A stretch of DNA of 64,000 nt from Candidatus Babeliales bacterium (GTDB lineage: Bacteria; Babelota; Babeliae; Babelales; JANWKD01), in assembly GCA_963722075.1 (NCBI GenBank), contig CAVRJM010000001.1, positions 736,001-800,000 of the forward strand. Reading direction: 5' to 3'. Positions within the stretch are counted from its first letter, which is position 1. Each line of letters opens with the position of its first letter. Position numbers and translations under genes: made by a program. Under the pieces are notes generated by a model that saw nothing but the letters and a program-made list of their open reading frames with translations, made no database searches and was not told the origin of the DNA. Below are positions 9,830 through 20,600 of this stretch, piece after piece.

Positions 9830-10405
9830 CTATTTTTGAATGTGAACTATCTCATCATCATTTTTACCTTTAAGCCAGTCTGGTAGCTCTAAACCGGGAT
9901 GTTCCCTTAACCATTCTTGCTTATATTCACCCGCTTTGTAACATATCACCTCATGACCACCATGTTGGCTTATCAATTCTTGCATTGGTTCAGTGCCGCA
10001 CGAAAAAGAATCAGATATTAATTTAGCAAATGGTAATGTATCGCTGCCATGACCAACCGAAGCAATGATATCATCACCAAATTGAGCTATTAATTTCTTT
10101 GCTTCATCAATGTCGTTGTATCTAACAGCCTGATGAAATAACCAAGTTTATGGTATCTTAGCACTATAAATAGGATTTGCAATCATAAGTTCATATATTG
10201 CTTTTTTAAGCTCTGCTTCATTCCTTTTAATAATTTCCAAAATTCTTTTATACTCATTCATTTCTTGATAAGTATCGACACTTATACCATATGATTGGCT
10301 GGCATGCGAATGGCAGCTTCGTTTGTTTTGTTTTTCCATTGCTTGAATAGCTAAAACTAAAGATAATATTACTACTGATAAAAGATTTTTTATTTGTATG
10401 TTCAT
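9830..10405 (-). pseudogene. Paralog of 9233..9793 interrupted by one in-frame TAA
   Basis: After TAA at 10148-10150 the same frame continues TWLFHQAVRYNDIDEAKKLIAQFGDD...LKGKNDDEIVHIQK to TAG at 9830, colinear with the neighbour. Confidence 0.85.
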
Positions 10406-10519
10406 ACTATTTCCCTAATTAACGTGAAAGTGAATCAGTCTCATTTTTACTAAAACGTATGATAGTACAAAATGATTGGCGGGTAAAGGTAGTTAAAAGA
10501 GTTAATTGAAATTTTATTT

Positions 10520-10627
10520 TATTACTGGATCCCTACGGCCTAAAGGCCTCTGGATGACATTTTAATCATCATGTCATTCTGACCCGCCGTAGCTTTTAGC
10601 GAAGGCTGGGGTAAGAATCCAGTAATA
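10520..10627. repeat. REP/RPE-like palindromic element with a nested hairpin module
   Basis: Terminal inverted repeats TATTACTGGAT / ATCCAGTAATA; inner GGATGACAT / ATGTCATTC. Confidence 0.85.
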
Positions 10628-10636
10628 TATTATACT

Positions 10637-12844
10637 TTAATTGAATATACCTTCTTCACGGAGTAAATCCATTGCAATATTCAATAGCGATTTACCTTCT
10701 TCTAGTTTATAAGGACGTACCCATTTACCTTCTGCATCTTTATAAACCGTAACCTTATAATTCTTGTAATGTTCATCAGAAAGTTCATCAGTTAAGCGCG
10801 GGAAGTGCGTAGCAATAGTGCAAAGACTATTATTCATCGCACCTAATTCTTGTGCAAACAATAATGCTGCCTCTTCACCTTCTTTTGGAGAGGTACCACT
10901 AAACACTTCATCAATGATAGTGAAACTAAATTCGCCTTCAGTAAGAGCACGCACTGAGTTAATCAATGCTTTAGCACGCAATACTTCTGCTTTAAATAAT
11001 GAAGTTCCCGCTGTTAAATCATCGGTAATATTTAAGTAACAGTTCAAGTTTGCAAATAACGTAAAGATTAACGATTTTGCCGGTGCAATACCTAAGGTTT
11101 GCGCTAACAGAATATTTATTAAGAGCCCTTTAATAACAGTAGATTTACCACCCGTATTAGGACCGGTTAAAATAATATTGTTTGGATTTTTTTCACCAAT
11201 TAAAATACTGTTAACCACTACCGTATAGGCATCAATAAAGAGATTCCAGAATTCTTCTGCAGTAAGTGAAGCATCTAAACTCTTATCAATAAATTCAGGC
11301 ATACAGAATTGAGCCGGCGTATTTTGATGCTTTGAATATAATTTTGCGGTAGAAAGATATGCGTCTAGTTGACCTGCTGCTGCACATGCAGGAACTAATT
11401 CTTCGTTTACTTTTTGCATTAAGCGATGTGCTGCTAGTACGCGCCCCGATAATGAAAATACTGATGCGTCACCGGTAAACGTATTATGATCCAAGATTTC
11501 TAGTAATTTCTTTGCATCCGCAGATAAAGAAGATTGCTCTGTAAATAGGTTATTTAATGCAGAAACGTCGATTAACTCGGATAAAACCGGATCAGTATTA
11601 ATAATAGCTGTTAATGTTTTGAGCGCATTAATATATGAAGCAACGGCAATCATACGCGTTTGCAGATGATTAATAATTGCTTGCTTTAATTGAGCATCTT
11701 GAACTGCTTTATAGGCTGAATAGCCATACCACGCTGTTAATAAGCCCGGGATTACCCAATTAAATGCTATACCGATATTTCTCACTACCGGCGTAACATT
11801 TTTAAGCCAATAGATGCGATCACCTAAGGTGTGTGGCGGCTTAAATTGTAATTTTCCCTGACGTTGTTCTAGCGATAAATCTTTGAAAGATTTTTGGGCA
11901 AAGATATCAAACCCATTTTTATCAACGCCGACCTTGTCACTCCAATCAGTAAACATTTCGGCATCTAAACCCTTATAGGCATCTAAACGCGGATCAAATT
12001 CATCAGGCAATGTCTTTATAGCTTCAACTGCACCTTCTTTTAGTAATTGTTTTACTGATGGTAAATCCTGATGGCCCTTTTTCATCATTACTTCGCCAGT
12101 CTTAGTTAAGGTTCTACTGGCAAACGCTAAAGAAGGAAGCATGGAAAGACTAAAAAAAGTGCCTAAATTATCTAAACGGGTAACAATTTCAAGTGCTAAT
12201 GGGCTATTATTTAAAAAGTTTAATCGCTCCCCCCAATATACCTTCTTAAATAACTCTTCATTTACCACATTTTCTTTTTGAAAATAGCTAATAAAATATG
12301 GTTCAGCGGCTTTAATGACTGCTAATTGTTCTTGGATAGCAGTAAGCACCTGTTCATTTTTTAATAAATACTGAATAATTTGTTGGCGGTTGCGCAATAA
12401 TGCAGCATCATAAGTTGGTTGCCCCAATTGGCGCGCAAGCATAACGTACCCAAAAACGGTTTCAGTTTCATTAACTTTATTTAATAAACTGTTTTTTGGC
12501 TGCTCTTCACCAACATATAATTCCATCTTTTTTAAAAACGTTTTATCAAGTGAGCTGCTTTTAACAAATGGCTGCTCTGCCAATTTGCATAGCTGGTCCA
12601 TCACTAAATAACACATTTTATCATGAGATGGTTGCTCTATTTGCAACGTTAATTTTTTCTTTGTATCAACTACCACCTCTTCTTCTTGCTGGATATCTAA
12701 TGATTTATTAAAAAGATCTTTAATAGCAGTAAAAATAGATGATTGTTGTACAACTTGTTGATTAGTACAAGAAATAAATTGAATAGTTACTATAAAAAAA
12801 AGAAAAAAACTAAGCCGTTGTGCTTTTATTGAATATGTGAACAT
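10637..12844 (-). CDS. MutS-related ATPase (domain V) with signal peptide and hydrophobic segments
   Basis: TGPNTGGKST, SLFKAE, IIDEVFSGT, IATHF; no recognisable mismatch-binding domain I; ATG 12844 preferred over the TTG at 12883. Confidence 0.88.
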   Translation of the reverse strand: MFTYSIKAQRLSFFLFFIVTIQFISCTNQQVVQQSSIFTAIKDLFNKSLDIQQEEEVVVDTKKKLTLQIEQPSHDKMCYLVMDQLCKLAEQPFVKSSSLDKTFLKKMELYVGEEQPKNSLLNKVNETETVFGYVMLARQLGQPTYDAALLRNRQQIIQYLLKNEQVLTAIQEQLAVIKAAEPYFISYFQKENVVNEELFKKVYWGERLNFLNNSPLALEIVTRLDNLGTFFSLSMLPSLAFASRTLTKTGEVMMKKGHQDLPSVKQLLKEGAVEAIKTLPDEFDPRLDAYKGLDAEMFTDWSDKVGVDKNGFDIFAQKSFKDLSLEQRQGKLQFKPPHTLGDRIYWLKNVTPVVRNIGIAFNWVIPGLLTAWYGYSAYKAVQDAQLKQAIINHLQTRMIAVASYINALKTLTAIINTDPVLSELIDVSALNNLFTEQSSLSADAKKLLEILDHNTFTGDASVFSLSGRVLAAHRLMQKVNEELVPACAAAGQLDAYLSTAKLYSKHQNTPAQFCMPEFIDKSLDASLTAEEFWNLFIDAYTVVVNSILIGEKNPNNIILTGPNTGGKSTVIKGLLINILLAQTLGIAPAKSLIFTLFANLNCYLNITDDLTAGTSLFKAEVLRAKALINSVRALTEGEFSFTIIDEVFSGTSPKEGEEAALLFAQELGAMNNSLCTIATHFPRLTDELSDEHYKNYKVTVYKDAEGKWVRPYKLEEGKSLLNIAMDLLREEGIFN

Positions 12845-13162
12845 ATATAATACCTTTAGTATGAGATAATAATGAAGAAACAAGAATGTTTTTTGTGTAT
12901 GAACAGCCTCCTAGAAAATAATGCAACTCTAATAATAATGTTAAAAACCACAACCATTACCATTTGATAATAATAATGTTTTTTTTATGTGCCTGCAAAT
13001 TGCAATAACGCTAAAAATCCGCTTTAGAATTACCTTTTATGAAGCCAGCAAACTACGCTCAGGGCACAGTAATTATTAAATAAATGTCAGAAAAAGTTGA
13101 AATCTTTATGAAAACCAATATTATTAACGTAAATTACCTCTTAAAATTGAAATTAATAATCG

Positions 13163-13248
13163 GGCGAGATTCCCGAGCGGTCAAAGGGGACGGACTGTAA
13201 ATCCGTTGGCTTATGTCTTCGTAGGTTCGAATCCTACTCTCGCCACCA
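13163..13248 (+). tRNA. tRNA-Tyr(GTA)
   Basis: GGCGAGA/TCTCGCC acceptor stem, CT-GTA-AA loop, long variable arm, encoded CCA. Confidence 0.97.
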
Positions 13249-13412
13249 GTCATTTCCTTCAGAAATGCCTGGCAGGCCAGTCCTTTTTAAGGAAGGCATA
13301 ATTGGTAGGTAGCGTAGGCTGCTTGCGCGCCATAGCTCACAGAGCGATGGCGGGAGAAAAGAGTGAAGACAGCCACATTGGCTTCAAGAAAAATTATATT
13401 GAAATAGTATGC

Positions 13413-13488
13413 GCGGGAATAGCTCAATTGGTAGAGCGGCAGCCTTCCAAGCTGTAGGTTGCGGGTTCGAGTCCCGTTTCCCGCTCCA
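13413..13488 (+). tRNA. tRNA-Gly(TCC)
   Basis: GCGGGAA/TTCCCGC, CT-TCC-AA loop, CCA. Confidence 0.97.
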
Positions 13489-13634
13489 GTATTCGCTCCT
13501 ATGGAGCTTCGCCTGGCACGGCCAGAAATTAGCCCAAGACGTGTCCGACGAAGCTTGCCAAGCCGGAAGGCCTGGATAAGCGTAGGCTGTACTACTAAAA
13601 AAGCGAAGGATTAATTTTAAGAGCATTTTATTAT

Positions 13635-13710
13635 GCTGGCGTAGCTCAGTTGGTAGAGCAACTGATTTGTAATCAGTAGGTCGCGGGTTCAAATCCTGTC
13701 GCCAGCTCCA
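13635..13710 (+). tRNA. tRNA-Thr(TGT)
   Basis: GCTGGCG/CGCCAGC, TT-TGT-AA loop, CCA. Confidence 0.97.
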
Positions 13711-14103
13711 ATCTTCGCCTTCACGAGAAAGACTTCGAAGGTAAGTTTGGCTTCGATTGGCTGCGCTGCTATCGGCTTGAAATGATGCGAAGATTGTCCG
13801 TCGTAGTTCAGTTACACTTCGATGATATTCTACCGCAAACGAAGACTGGACTAATCCGCCTGGCACGGCCAGAAATTAGCGAAGACTGCTTGCGCGCCAT
13901 AGCTCGAAGAGCGACGGCTGGATGCCAAACCGGAAGGCATGGATAAGCGTAGGCGGACATAGCTAGTAACAACATAGGAATTGAGATTATCAAAGCGTCA
14001 AGCGAAGACGGACAAAAAGATAAGCAATTATAAGCAACTAATAGATAAAAATGAGTTGTGTTTTTCTAATTTTTTATTTATTCTATAACATACTCATGCT
14101 TTA

Positions 14104-14178
<75 letters not shown>

Positions 14179-14335
14179 GTCTTCGCTCCTATGGAGCTTC
14201 GCCTGGCACTGCCAGAAATTAGCGAAGACTGTCCGGTGAAGCTTACCAAGCCTAAAGGCGTGGGTAAGCGTAGTCTGGACTTACATAAAAGCGAAGAACG
14301 TATAGAGAAATTGTAAAAGTTAAAATTGGTGATTT

Positions 14336-14494
14336 ATGGCGAAAAATAGAGTGACAACTCACTTAACATGTGAAGAGTGCAAAGAACGTAACTATACTCA
14401 AGTTGTCGGGAAAAAAAGAACGGTTGGAACATTAAAATTAAAAAAATTCTGTTCCCGCTGTCGTAAGCATAATCCCCATAAGGAAGCCAAATAG
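14336..14494 (+). CDS. rpmG: 50S ribosomal protein L33, Zn-binding form
   Basis: Hand translation MAKNRVTTHLTCEECKERNY...LKKFCSRCRKHNPHKEAK, 52 aa; absent from the track. Confidence 0.96.
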   Translation: MAKNRVTTHLTCEECKERNYTQVVGKKRTVGTLKLKKFCSRCRKHNPHKEAK

Positions 14495-14501
14495 ATTTTG
14501 G

Positions 14502-14578
14502 AGGCCAGTAGCTCGAATTGGTAGAGCGGCAGACTCCAAATCTGCGGGTTGGGGGTTCGAATCCCTCCTGGCCTGCCA
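14502..14578 (+). tRNA. tRNA-Trp(CCA)
   Basis: AGGCCAG/CTGGCCT, CT-CCA-AA loop; usual position between rpmG and secE. Confidence 0.97.
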
Positions 14579-14622
14579 AAAAAAATTTTTTGTAATAAAT
14601 AATAATATACCCTGGTGATGTA

Positions 14623-14802
14623 ATGAAAAATGTAAGTCAGTTTTTTAATGAGGTTGCCATTGAACTTTCTAAGATCATATGGCCAAGTATTGATGAATTA
14701 GTTGGATCAGTAATCATAGTTTTAATTCTGGTCGTTGCATTTTCTATTTATTTGGGTGTTGTTGATTTTGTATTTTATAGACTTGCTCAACAGATTTTTT
14801 AA
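14623..14802 (+). CDS. secE: Preprotein translocase subunit SecE
   Basis: MKNVSQFFNEVAIELSKIIWPS plus one TM helix, 59 aa, upstream of nusG. Confidence 0.95.
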   Translation: MKNVSQFFNEVAIELSKIIWPSIDELVGSVIIVLILVVAFSIYLGVVDFVFYRLAQQIF

Positions 14803-14846
14803 ATGCAATGCAAGTTACAATAACGGCTACAGAACGGATACTTTAG

Positions 14847-15380
14847 ATGAAACGTTGGTATGTTGCTCAAGTTTATGCGGGGTATGAAGACGCAATTAAA
14901 GCTGATCTTTTACACCATATTGCTCAGAGCCCGCTTAAAGATTATTTTGGTGAAATTCTTATTCCTTCTGCAAAGTTAAAACCTTTATTTGATAGTGCAC
15001 TAACACCCCAAGAAGGGAAAAATGAACAGCAACTCTTTCCTGGCTATTTGCTTATAGAGATGGAAGCATTGCCAGAATCGATTAGGCTCGTACAAACAAC
15101 TCCTCGTATTTCTCGGTTTTTAGGAGGTTCACATCCCATACCACTCTCTCAAAAAGAAATTGACCGTATCATTGGTCAAATAAAAGGAGAAGTGGCGGTA
15201 GCACCCAAGAAAAGCGAGTTTTCTATGGGAACAGAAATTGAAATTAAGGAAGGACCCTTTGCAGGATTTATGGGCATTATCGACAAAATTGATGAGGAAA
15301 ATGAAAGGCTTACTGTTATGGTAAGTATTTTCGGTAGAATGACTCCAGTAGAATTAGGATTTGATCAAATAAAACGTTAA
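14847..15380 (+). CDS. nusG: Transcription factor NusG
   Basis: RWYVAQ, LFPGYLL, KOW domain GPFAGF...IFGRMTPVEL. Confidence 0.97.
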   Translation: MKRWYVAQVYAGYEDAIKADLLHHIAQSPLKDYFGEILIPSAKLKPLFDSALTPQEGKNEQQLFPGYLLIEMEALPESIRLVQTTPRISRFLGGSHPIPLSQKEIDRIIGQIKGEVAVAPKKSEFSMGTEIEIKEGPFAGFMGIIDKIDEENERLTVMVSIFGRMTPVELGFDQIKR

Positions 15381-15397
15381 ATTAAATAGGTTTAAAA

Positions 15398-15823
15398 ATG
15401 GCAAAAGAAGTTAAAGCAAGTATTAAGGTTTTAATTCAAGGTGGCGCTGCGAATCCAGCACCGCCAGTAGGTTCCGCTCTTGGTCCCCATGGCGTTAATA
15501 TCATGGAATTTTGTAAACAATTCAACGCTAAAACAGCAAATCGTAAAGGTGAAACTGTTCCCGTTGTTATTACTGTTTATAAAGATAAGTCTTTTGATTT
15601 CATTATAAAAACACCACCTACTTCAGAATTAATTAAAAAGAAGATTAATGTTCCAAAGGGATCATCAAAGCCCAATACTGATAAAGTGGGAAGAATTTCA
15701 TGGAATGCAGTAGAAGAAATAGCAAAAATTAAATTGCCAGATTTAAATGCGTTTTCTTTAGATCAAGCAAAGAAGATAGTAGCTGGAACAGCACGCAGTA
15801 TGGGTATTGACGTAATTGATTGA
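15398..15823 (+). CDS. rplK: 50S ribosomal protein L11
   Basis: [20 protein letters not shown]. Confidence 0.98.
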   Translation: MAKEVKASIKVLIQGGAANPAPPVGSALGPHGVNIMEFCKQFNAKTANRKGETVPVVITVYKDKSFDFIIKTPPTSELIKKKINVPKGSSKPNTDKVGRISWNAVEEIAKIKLPDLNAFSLDQAKKIVAGTARSMGIDVID

Positions 15824-15834
15824 GGTAAAATTAT

Positions 15835-16530
15835 ATGGCATTGCAGGGTAAAAAATATAGAAACGCTAAAGATAAACTTCCCCAAGATAAACAATTTTCT
15901 TTAGTAGATGGTTTAACTAAATTAAAAGAACTGGCTCACGCACAGTTTGATGAATCAATTGATGCTCACGTAAATATTGGTATTGACCCTTCAAAAGGGG
16001 AGCAATCAGTTCGTGGCTCAGTAGTATTGCCATTTGGATCAGGCAAAAAAACGCGTGTTATTGTTTTTGCTAAAGGCGATTATGCTGAACAAGCAAAAAA
16101 AGCAGGCGCTGATTACATTGGAACTGATGATCTAATTGATAAAATTTTAGGTGGTTGGCTCGATTTTGAGTATGCCGTTGCAACACCCGATATTATGGGA
16201 TTAGTAGGTAAACTCGCAAAAATATTAGGGCCTAAAGGGCTTCTTCCTAATAAAAAAGTAGGCACCGTCACCTTTGAAGTTGCTGATATTGTTCAAGATT
16301 TAAAAAAAGGTCGTACTTTTTTTAAAAATGACAAAAATGCAATCATTCATTTTACTTTTGGAAAAAAATCATTTGATGTTAAGCATTTGCAGGAAAACAT
16401 TACCGCTTTTATGAAAGCATTAGCATCCTCAAAACCTGCAACATCCAAAGGGAAATTCATAAAAAAACTTACTATAACTCCTACTATGGGGCCTGGAATT
16501 CCAATTAATTTAGAAGAACTAAAACTGTAA
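15835..16530 (+). CDS. rplA: 50S ribosomal protein L1
   Basis: FDESID, LGPKGLLPNKKVGTVT, TMGPG. Confidence 0.98.
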   Translation: MALQGKKYRNAKDKLPQDKQFSLVDGLTKLKELAHAQFDESIDAHVNIGIDPSKGEQSVRGSVVLPFGSGKKTRVIVFAKGDYAEQAKKAGADYIGTDDLIDKILGGWLDFEYAVATPDIMGLVGKLAKILGPKGLLPNKKVGTVTFEVADIVQDLKKGRTFFKNDKNAIIHFTFGKKSFDVKHLQENITAFMKALASSKPATSKGKFIKKLTITPTMGPGIPINLEELKL

Positions 16531-16548
16531 TTATTAAAGGTATATTAC

Positions 16549-17079
16549 ATGAATCGCCAAGAAAAAGAGCATATTATTCAATCATTAAAGCAAAATTTTG
16601 AACTAAGTCAGGCATCATTTTTAGTAGGATATAAAGGATTAGACGTAGCTCAAGTTATGCAACTACGCAAGAAACTTCACCAACAAGGTGGCTCATTTAA
16701 GGTTGCTAAAGTAACTTTAATGAGACGAGTTGCTTCCGATATGCCTTCTGTAGAAAAGTTAATGCCTTTTTTTAAAGACCAAGTTGCCCTTGTTTTTGCG
16801 CCAGCAGAATCACCTGCTATCGCAAAATTACTCTATGATTTTGCAAAAGAAAACCAGCAACTAACGGTATTAGCAGGATGCATGGATTCAATTCTTTTAA
16901 ATAAAGAATCGGTCAAAATATTAGCATCTTTACCAGCAAAAGAAGTTCTATTAGCTCAAGTATGCGGTGCTATTAAATCACCAATTGCAGGCTTGGTTCA
17001 TGTACTCAATATGCTTATTTTACGATTGCTGTTTGTACTTAAAAAAGTTGAAGAAAAAAAGGCGTCTGGTTCTTTATAA
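16549..17079 (+). CDS. rplJ: 50S ribosomal protein L10
   Basis: MNRQEK, YKGL, LASLPAKEVL; synteny. Confidence 0.96.
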   Translation: MNRQEKEHIIQSLKQNFELSQASFLVGYKGLDVAQVMQLRKKLHQQGGSFKVAKVTLMRRVASDMPSVEKLMPFFKDQVALVFAPAESPAIAKLLYDFAKENQQLTVLAGCMDSILLNKESVKILASLPAKEVLLAQVCGAIKSPIAGLVHVLNMLILRLLFVLKKVEEKKASGSL

Positions 17080-17177
17080 ACCACGTGGGCGCCAAATGGA
17101 TAGCATAGGCGACCACTTTTAGTAATTAATGAAGCAAATAGGTACTGTGTATTTTTATTTTATGTACGGAGAATCTT

Positions 17178-17564
17178 ATGGCAACAAAGTCATTTGAACA
17201 AATCATTGATCAAATCGGTAATCTTTCTGTTTTAGAATTAGCAGAATTGGTAAAAGGATTAGAAGAAAAATTTGGTGTATCTGCAGCAATGCCTATGGCA
17301 GCAGCTCCAGCAGCAGGTGCGGCGGCAGCAGAAGCTCCTAAAGCAGAAGAAAAATCTGAATATAAAGTTACACTCAAAGATGGTGGCTCAGAAAAAATCA
17401 AATCTATTAAAGCTCTTCGTCAAGTAACCACCTTAGGTCTTACTGAAGCTAAAAATGCTGTTGATAATGCTCCTACTGTTATTGCAGAAGCAGCATCTAA
17501 AGCAGATGCAATGAAAATGAAAGAAACATTGGAAGCAGCGGGCGCTAAAGTTGAATTAAGCTAA
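17178..17564 (+). CDS. rplL: 50S ribosomal protein L7/L12
   Basis: LEEKFGVSAA, Ala-rich hinge, LGLTEAK, LEAAGAKVEL. Confidence 0.98.
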   Translation: MATKSFEQIIDQIGNLSVLELAELVKGLEEKFGVSAAMPMAAAPAAGAAAAEAPKAEEKSEYKVTLKDGGSEKIKSIKALRQVTTLGLTEAKNAVDNAPTVIAEAASKADAMKMKETLEAAGAKVELS

Positions 17565-17654
17565 ATAGCATAGTAAGGATTAAGTACCATACGTTTAGGC
17601 TATTGATCAACGAGTGAAAAGCAATTATTTATTGATATAAGGAGGAATAATTTA

Positions 17655-20600
17655 ATGTCTAGCCTTCAACTGGGCGCTCATATTATTCGTAAATCTTTTG
17701 GAAAAATTAAAGATATAGTTCAAGTTCCTGACCTCATAGAGATTCAATCTAAGTCTTTTAATGACTTCGTTCAGTTGGATAGACTTCCTTCAGAACGTAC
17801 AATGATTGGTCTTGAAAAGGTTTTAAAGGATATTTTCCCTATAGATTATAATGACAAAATGTCATTAGAATATGTTAGCTATGAACTAGGTTCCTGGTCA
17901 TGTACCTGTAACAAGCTTACCGGTATTGTTAATAGGTATACCTGGCATTGTTCTTCCTGCAAAAAGTCGGATTGTTCTCGATTAAATGATAATTTAGAAT
18001 GCCCTTTTTGTAAGAAAAATACTGCACGCTACAAAACATGTTCTAATTGCTTATCACGGGTTACCGTACAGTTACCCATGACGCTTGAAGAATGCCGTTC
18101 AAGTGGTCAAACGTTTTCAATGCCTTTAAAAATTAAAATACAATTGATCAGCTGGGACGTTAATCCTTCCGGTCAAAAAGTAGTACGTGACATCAAAGAG
18201 CAAGATATATTTTTTGCAGATTTACCGGTAATGGCAAATCTTTATGAACAAGATGGTGTTTTTAAACTTGGTAACCTCGGTACATTCTTAATTAATGGTG
18301 TAGACCGCGTAGTAGTAAGTCAATTGCATCGTTCCCCTGGCGTTGTTTTTGCTCAAAGCAAAAAGGTCAAGGACATTCGCGGTAGACCATACTATATTGC
18401 ACGTATTATACCAATGCGTGGATCATGGCTTGATTTTGAGTTTGATAGTAATGATTTGCTCTATGTTCGAATTGATAAAAAGAAAAAGCTGTTGGTAACA
18501 ACGTTCTTACAAGCACTTGGCGTCACCCGAGATCAAATTATCCCGCTTTTCTATAATTTTGACAAAATTAATTTACAGAATAATGAGTTTTTCAAGAAGG
18601 TTAATACTAATTTATTAGGTCAACGCCTTGAAAAAGGTATGGTTCCAGAAAAAGAAGGGGCTCCTTTTATCGGCATTAGAATCACTAAGGATATCCTTAA
18701 TCAATTGAAAAATGCCGGTATTGATAAGCTTGCTCTTAAAAAAACGCATATCATTAATCGTGTTTTTGCATCAGATGTTATCGATCCAGATACCGGTGAA
18801 ATTATTATCGAACAAGGTCAGGTGGTAACTGAAGATTTATTATCATTATTACTAAAGCATAAAAGCTTGGAATTTGATTTAATTGCTTCTTCAGGATATG
18901 TTTTCCAACCTACTATTGCATTAACGCTTACTCAAGATCGTTGCTATACCCAAGACGAAGCTTTAAAAGAACTGCATAATAAAATATGGCCCGGTGATAG
19001 TTCTTCGTTGAAAGAAATTAAAGAACGCCTTGAATCAATATTATTTAGCAGTAGATTATATGACCTAACTAAGGTTGGTAGAATAAGAATGAACCGAAAA
19101 CTCGGTCTTTCTGTTGCTGAAGATATTGAAGTGCTTACCCGTGAAGATATTTACGCTACTATTAAGTACCTAGTAAACTTACGTGAACTTGGTGAAGGCG
19201 AGCTTGATGATATTGATCATTTAGGTAACCGTCGTGTCCGCTTGGTAGGAGAACTTCTCAATAATCAATTATATCTTGGATTCTTGCGCATTGAACGTAT
19301 TGTTCGAGAACGTTTTAGAATGCAAGAGTTTCATGGCGCACTTATGCCACAAGACTTTCTTAACGTTAAGCCATTAAGCGCTGCGTTACGCGAATTTTTT
19401 GGTACTGGGCAATTATCTCAATTCATGGATCAAACAAATCCATTAGCAGAAATTGCACACAAGCGTCGTCTTTCTGCTCTTGGGCCCGGTGGTGTATTAA
19501 AAGATCGAGCAACTTATGAGATTCGTGACGTTCATACCTCTCACTACGGACGTATCTGCCCTATTGAAACGCCAGAAGGTCAAACCGTTGGTTTAATTTC
19601 ATCACTGGCAACGTATGCAATGGTTAACGATCTCGGGTTTATTGAAACTGCTTACCGTCCGGTAGAAAAAGGTAAGATCAAGGATGAAGTTGTTTTCTTG
19701 GACGCGTTTCAAGAAAATGATAAATACATTGCTCAAGCAAATACCCAACAAGCAAATGCTACCATCAAAGAAGATCGCGTCTTTGCACGCCATGAAGGTA
19801 ACTTCATGTACGTTGATACCGATAAAGTTGATTTCATTGGTTTATCACCAAAAGAACTTGTTTCTGTTTCAACCGCATTAATACCCTTTTTAGAACATGA
19901 TGACGCCAGCCGTGCATTAATGGGTTCTAACATGCAACGACAAGCAGTTCCTTTAATTAAATGCCAACCCCCCGTTGTTGGTACCGGGATGGAACATGAA
20001 ATATGTAAATCATCCGGTGCTGTTATTGTTGCAAAACGAGCTGGTACCGTTGAATATGTTAGTTCAGAAAAAATCATCATTAAATGTGATGAGGCTTCTT
20101 TTAAAAATGTTGAAGATTGGATTGAACAAGGCATCGATACCTATCATTTAAAAAAGTTCCAACGATCAAGTTATAGCACCTGGATTCATCATACCCCTTG
20201 TGTTAAACGAGGAGATCGCGTTGAAGCAGGAACTATTTTAACGCACGGACCTGCAATCAATTCAGGTGAATTAGCGCTGGGATCTAATTTATTAGTAGCC
20301 TTTATGCCATGGCATGGGTACAACTTTGAAGATGCTATCGTCTTAAGCAAGCGACTTGTTGCAGACGATTCATTAAGCTCAGTTCACATTGATGAATATA
20401 TTGTAGATGCACGTGATACCAAACTTGGGCCTGAAGAAATTACCAAAGATATACCAAATGTTAGTGATACCGCGCTTTCAAGCTTGGATGAAGACGGTAT
20501 TGTACGTATTGGTACCCGCGTAAAAGCAGGCGATATCCTTGTTGGTAAAGTTACGCTTAAGGGAGATATCCAATTTTCTCCTGAAGAAAAATTATTGCGG

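Noticed and set aside
10148..10150. Stop-codon reassignment to explain the in-frame TAA
   Set aside because: TAA terminates many core genes here, so a single mutation or base-call error is simpler
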